The position numbers and the translations under genes were made by a program. From positions 1 to 19,885 of the forward strand of contig JBBIIG010000070.1 in assembly GCA_037446635.1 (NCBI GenBank): DNA of 19,885 nt. Direction: 5' to 3'. Below, one piece after another: positions 16,240-19,885 of the stretch; position 1 is the first letter of the stretch, and every line of letters begins with the position of its first letter. The notes under the pieces were generated by a model. That model was given only the letters and a program-made list of their open reading frames with translations, had not been told where the DNA came from and made no database searches. Source of the stretch: a bacterium (GTDB lineage Bacteria; Zhuqueibacterota; Zhuqueibacteria; Oceanimicrobiales; Oceanimicrobiaceae).

Positions 16240-16824
16240 ATGGAAAGCAAGGGCCTGCTGGTTGTTATTTCTTCTCCTTCTGGCGGCGGCAAGACCACCA
16301 TCATCCGCAGCGTTTTGGCCGCGGGTGACGCCAACTACCGCTATTCGATTTCCGCCACCACCCGCCCGCGGCGCGGTAAAGAACGAGACGGCGAAGATTA
16401 TTTTTTTTTCACCCCTGACGAATTTGAGGCCAAACGCCAACGCGGTGAGTTTGTGGAATGGGCGGAAGTTCACGGTCATTATTACGCCACCCCGAAGGCG
16501 CAATTGGACCAATGGCTCGCCGAAGGCCGAATCGTGTTTTTGGATTTGGATGTGGACGGCGGTTTGGAAATTAAAAAACGTTACGGCGATCGCGCTGTTT
16601 TAATTTTCATCAACCCGCCTTCCTACCAAAGCTTAGTGGAGCGCTTGCAAAGCCGCCAAACCGAAAGTCAGGAACAGATCGCCAAGCGCTTGCAGCGTTA
16701 TCCCAAAGAGATGCGCAAATCCCGGCAGTATGACTACCGCATTGTCAACGAAAACTTAGACGAAACCGTAATTGAGATTCTCAAAATCGTTCATCAGTGT
16801 GTAGAAAATAGAAAACAATACTAA
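16240..16824 (+). CDS. gmk: Guanylate kinase
   Basis: SSPSGGGKTT P-loop, SISATTRPRR, DGEDYFF and EWAEVHGHYY. Start is either ATG 16240 or GTG 16231, which overlaps the yicC stop. Confidence 0.97.
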   Translation: MESKGLLVVISSPSGGGKTTIIRSVLAAGDANYRYSISATTRPRRGKERDGEDYFFFTPDEFEAKRQRGEFVEWAEVHGHYYATPKAQLDQWLAEGRIVFLDLDVDGGLEIKKRYGDRAVLIFINPPSYQSLVERLQSRQTESQEQIAKRLQRYPKEMRKSRQYDYRIVNENLDETVIEILKIVHQCVENRKQY

Positions 16825-16844
16825 TTATTTTTGGAGGTTTGTGA

Positions 16845-17144
16845 ATGATCAATACCTTGCCGCTCGGTGAGCTTGAAAAGTACACCAGCAACATTTATGA
16901 GGCGATTATCGTGTTGGCTAAGCGCGCGCGCCAGATTAACGACGAGCAGAAACAACTGCAGGCCAAAGAAACCGAAGAAGAATACGACGAATTCGATGAA
17001 GAAGAGGGCGAAATTGAAGTGGCCAAAACCGATTACGTGCCGCTGCCCAAACCTACCACGTTGGCGTTGAATGAGTTGCTCTCCGGCAAAATTAAATTTG
17101 AATACCGCGAGGAAGAGCCGGTCGAAGAAGAAAAAGAGGCATAA
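16845..17144 (+). CDS. rpoZ: RNA polymerase omega subunit
   Basis: NIYEAIIVLAKRARQIN and PKPTTLALNEL..GKI motifs (FCB-type omega). Located between gmk and coaBC. RBS GGAGG. Confidence 0.9.
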   Translation: MINTLPLGELEKYTSNIYEAIIVLAKRARQINDEQKQLQAKETEEEYDEFDEEEGEIEVAKTDYVPLPKPTTLALNELLSGKIKFEYREEEPVEEEKEA

Positions 17145-17152
17145 CCCAGTGT

Positions 17153-18382
17153 ATGTTTTTTGAATCTAAAAAAATTGCCGTCGCCGTCAGCGGCGGCATT
17201 GCCGCCTATAAGACCTGCGAAGTCATTCGCGAGTTGAAGAAGGCTGGCGCGGACGTGCGAGTCGCCATGACCGATTCGGCGAAACGATTTGTGACCGATC
17301 TCACTTTCGCCACGCTTTCGGAGAACCCGGTGGCGTCGTCGCTGTTTGAGGACAACGAATTGGCGGGCGTCGCGCACATCGAGCTGGCGCGCTGGTGCGA
17401 TGTGCTGCTGATTTGCCCGGCCACCGCCAACGTCATCGGCAAAACCGCCAACGGCCTGGCTGACGATCTCGTCTCCACGACCATCATGGCTACCAAAGCG
17501 CCGGTGGTGTTTTGCCCGGCGATGAATTCGGCGATGTGGGAAAACCCTGTCGTGCAGGCCAACGTCGAAACGCTGCGCAAGTTGGGCTATGAATTTGTGG
17601 AGCCGGAATGGGGGCCGCTCGCGACCACGTCGGAAGGCGAAGGCTGGGGCCGGCTTGCCAGCCCGTCGCGCATTCTCCAAAAACTGAAACAGGTTCTGTA
17701 CGGCACTCGCGAGTTGAAGGGGCAAAAAGTTTTGGTGACCGCCGGCGCCACCCGCGAGCCCATCGACCCGGTGCGCTTCATCACCAATTACTCCTCCGGC
17801 AAAATGGGGTTCGCGCTGGCCGAGGCCGCCAAACTGAAGGGCGCCGAGGTGGTGCTGATCGCCGGCAGCAACCAACTGCAGCCGCTGGAGGGCGTCAGAT
17901 ACTTGCCGGTCAACACTGTTGAAGAAATGAAAAGCGTCATCGACAAAGAATATAAAAACGCCGACGTGCTGTTGATGGCGGCCGCGGTTTCGGATTACCG
18001 GCCGAAACAGCGCTCCAGCCGCAAAATTAAAAAGAGCGCGCCGACATTGACACTTGAGCTGGAAAAGACTCCCGATATTCTGGCCGAATTGGGAAAACAA
18101 AAGCGCCGCTGCATTCACGTGGGGTTTGCGTTGGAGACCGACAACGGCGTTGCCAACGCCACGCAAAAATTGCACGCAAAGAATTTAGATTTGATCGTTT
18201 TGAACAATCCTCTGGAGCCGGGCGCCGGCTTCGTTGGCGACACCAACGTGGTCACGCTCATCTCCAGCGACGGCGAGATCGAAAAGCTGCCCAAGCTGCC
18301 CAAATCGACCATTGCAGATGCGATTATCGAGCGCGTGATCAAAATCAAGAACCTCAAAGGCGCACAGGTCGCCGCCGTCTAA
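17153..18382 (+). CDS. coaBC: Bifunctional phosphopantothenoylcysteine decarboxylase / phosphopantothenate-cysteine ligase
   Basis: SGGIAAYK, HIELARW, PATAN, PAMNSAMW, VTAGATREPIDPVRFITNYSSGKMG, AAVSDYRP and GFALET motifs. Confidence 0.97.
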   Translation: MFFESKKIAVAVSGGIAAYKTCEVIRELKKAGADVRVAMTDSAKRFVTDLTFATLSENPVASSLFEDNELAGVAHIELARWCDVLLICPATANVIGKTANGLADDLVSTTIMATKAPVVFCPAMNSAMWENPVVQANVETLRKLGYEFVEPEWGPLATTSEGEGWGRLASPSRILQKLKQVLYGTRELKGQKVLVTAGATREPIDPVRFITNYSSGKMGFALAEAAKLKGAEVVLIAGSNQLQPLEGVRYLPVNTVEEMKSVIDKEYKNADVLLMAAAVSDYRPKQRSSRKIKKSAPTLTLELEKTPDILAELGKQKRRCIHVGFALETDNGVANATQKLHAKNLDLIVLNNPLEPGAGFVGDTNVVTLISSDGEIEKLPKLPKSTIADAIIERVIKIKNLKGAQVAAV

Positions 18383-19120
18383 ATGAATCAAGGCGAATTT
18401 TTAAATCAGGCCGAGAGTTTTTTGCTGCAGCACGCGGAGCTTTACGGACGCGAGATTTATTTTGCCGCAAAAGAACCGGCCAAAGAAAACGCTGAGGACA
18501 ATCAAACTCAAACGCTGGCGCAGTTTCATCGGGCCATCAAAGATTGTCAGAAATGCCGGCTGGCGCAGGGAAGAAAAAATTTTGTTTTTGGCGTCGGCAA
18601 CCCCCACGCCAAATTAATGTGCATCGGCGAGGCTCCTGGCTTTGAAGAAGATAAGCGCGGCGAGCCGTTCGTGGGCGACGCCGGCCAGCTTTTGAACCGC
18701 ATGTTGGCGGCCATCGGATTTGAGCGGGAAGAAGTTTACATCGCCAACATCATCAAATGCCGGCCGCCCAACAATCGCGACCCGCAGCCGGATGAAGTTG
18801 CCGAGTGTCTGCCGTATTTGAAACAGCAAATCGCGATGATCAACCCCAAACTGATTTTAGCGTTGGGAAGAATCGCCGCTCAGAGTTTGCTGGGAAACAC
18901 GGAAAGCCTGTCGCGATTGCGCAAACAGGTTTACCGATTAAGTGAGATTCAAATGGTGGCGACCTATCACCCGGCGGCGCTGCTGCGAAATCCGGGCTGG
19001 AAGCGCGAGGCCTGGGAGGATATGAAAATGCTGCGGCGGCTGTACGATCAGCACGTCGGCGATAAACCAGCAATAGATTTGAACGCGAAACCGATCGCTA
19101 ACCGAGATCAACAAAAATGA
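18383..19120 (+). CDS. Uracil-DNA glycosylase, family 4 (4Fe-4S)
   Basis: [35 protein letters not shown] and TYHPAALLR motifs. Confidence 0.95.
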   Translation: MNQGEFLNQAESFLLQHAELYGREIYFAAKEPAKENAEDNQTQTLAQFHRAIKDCQKCRLAQGRKNFVFGVGNPHAKLMCIGEAPGFEEDKRGEPFVGDAGQLLNRMLAAIGFEREEVYIANIIKCRPPNNRDPQPDEVAECLPYLKQQIAMINPKLILALGRIAAQSLLGNTESLSRLRKQVYRLSEIQMVATYHPAALLRNPGWKREAWEDMKMLRRLYDQHVGDKPAIDLNAKPIANRDQQK

Positions 19121-19885
19121 ATAAGCTCAACGAAAAAGAAGCGATGATCGAGCGCATGCCGCCCCACAACCTCGAGGCGGAAATGGCGGTGCTGGGTTCC
19201 ATGCTAATCGATAAAGATGCGGTGAGCAAATGCCTCGAGCTGTTGGATGAAACGGCGTTCTACAAAACTGCCCATCAAAAAATTTTTCAAGCGGCGGTAA
19301 ATTTGGACTCCCACGGCGGCGCCGAAATCGACTACCTCACCATCACCGACGAGCTGCAGAAAATGGGCGTGCTGGAAGAAGTGGGCGGCGCGTATTACAT
19401 CACCGAGCTGGCGACGAAAGTGCCATCGGCCGCCAGCGTCGAATATTACGCGCGCATCGTTTTGGAAAAATCGCTGCTGCGAAAATTGATCGAGGTTTCC
19501 ACCGAGATTGTGCGCGACGCCTTCGATGCGCGCGAAGACGCCGTCGATATCATCGACACCGCCGAGCAAAAAATCTTTTCGCTTTCTGAAAAAAAATTAC
19601 GCAAAGGATTTCAGCCCATCGCGCCCATCCTCAGCGACACTTTCGACATCATCGACAGTTTTCATAAGCGCAAAGGCAGCGTCACCGGCATCCCCACCGG
19701 TTTCAGAAAATTAGATGAGCGCACCTCTGGTTTTCAAAATTCGGATTTGATCATCGTTGCTGGCCGCCCGTCGATGGGGAAGACGGCGTTCTGTCTCAAC
19801 ATCGCTCGCAACGCCGCGGTGGATTACGGCATTCCGGTGGGCATCTTCAGCTTGGAAATGTCCAACACCCAAATCGCCATGCGCA
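19117..19885 (+). CDS. dnaB: Replicative DNA helicase DnaB (partial, runs off the window end)
   Basis: Not in the ORF track. ATG at 19117 overlaps the UDG stop. Translates [30 protein letters not shown]...VTGIPTGFRKLDERTSGFQNSDLIIVAGRPSMGKTAF...IFSLEMS. Confidence 0.97.
   Translation, partial: MNKLNEKEAMIERMPPHNLEAEMAVLGSMLIDKDAVSKCLELLDETAFYKTAHQKIFQAAVNLDSHGGAEIDYLTITDELQKMGVLEEVGGAYYITELATKVPSAASVEYYARIVLEKSLLRKLIEVSTEIVRDAFDAREDAVDIIDTAEQKIFSLSEKKLRKGFQPIAPILSDTFDIIDSFHKRKGSVTGIPTGFRKLDERTSGFQNSDLIIVAGRPSMGKTAFCLNIARNAAVDYGIPVGIFSLEMSNTQIAMR

Noticed and set aside
17033..18175. Long antisense ORFs (17033-18175; also 2327-3100, 6051-7001, 7827-8657, 8893-9555)
   Set aside because: They are shadow frames opposite well-supported genes with GC-rich third codon positions, with no motifs of their own.

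Overview
Mostly a housekeeping chromosomal region (about 972-19885, all genes on the + strand). It probably comes from an FCB-superphylum bacterium, possibly KSB1/Calditrichota-like; this is inferred from the PorV-type barrel, a protein with a T9SS-type C-terminal domain, a Bacteroidota-type bS22 and the yicC-gmk-rpoZ-coaBC-UDG-dnaB order. Gene order: LPP20-like exported protein, CsgG/HfaB-family protein, PDZ/DUF512 radical SAM protein, der, secreted HExxH metalloprotease, HU, a 31-aa bS22/mS38-like ribosomal protein missed by the ORF track, S1/P1-type nuclease, xseA, xseB, nadK, a frameshifted antitoxin-like remnant, mutS, PorV/PorQ family, yicC, gmk, rpoZ, coaBC, family-4 UDG and partial dnaB. 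The first ~900 bp are accessory. They hold a 3-spacer CRISPR array with 37-bp type III-like repeats, whose fourth repeat is broken and joined directly to the C-terminal half of a cas6 gene. This is followed by the 3' half of a tRNA-His gene beginning at the anticodon, then a terminator. Together these look like the att boundary of an element integrated in tRNA-His, carrying a reduced CRISPR module. A perfect 32-bp GTAG-type REP palindrome and an inverted heptamer-repeat tract also occur in intergenic gaps.
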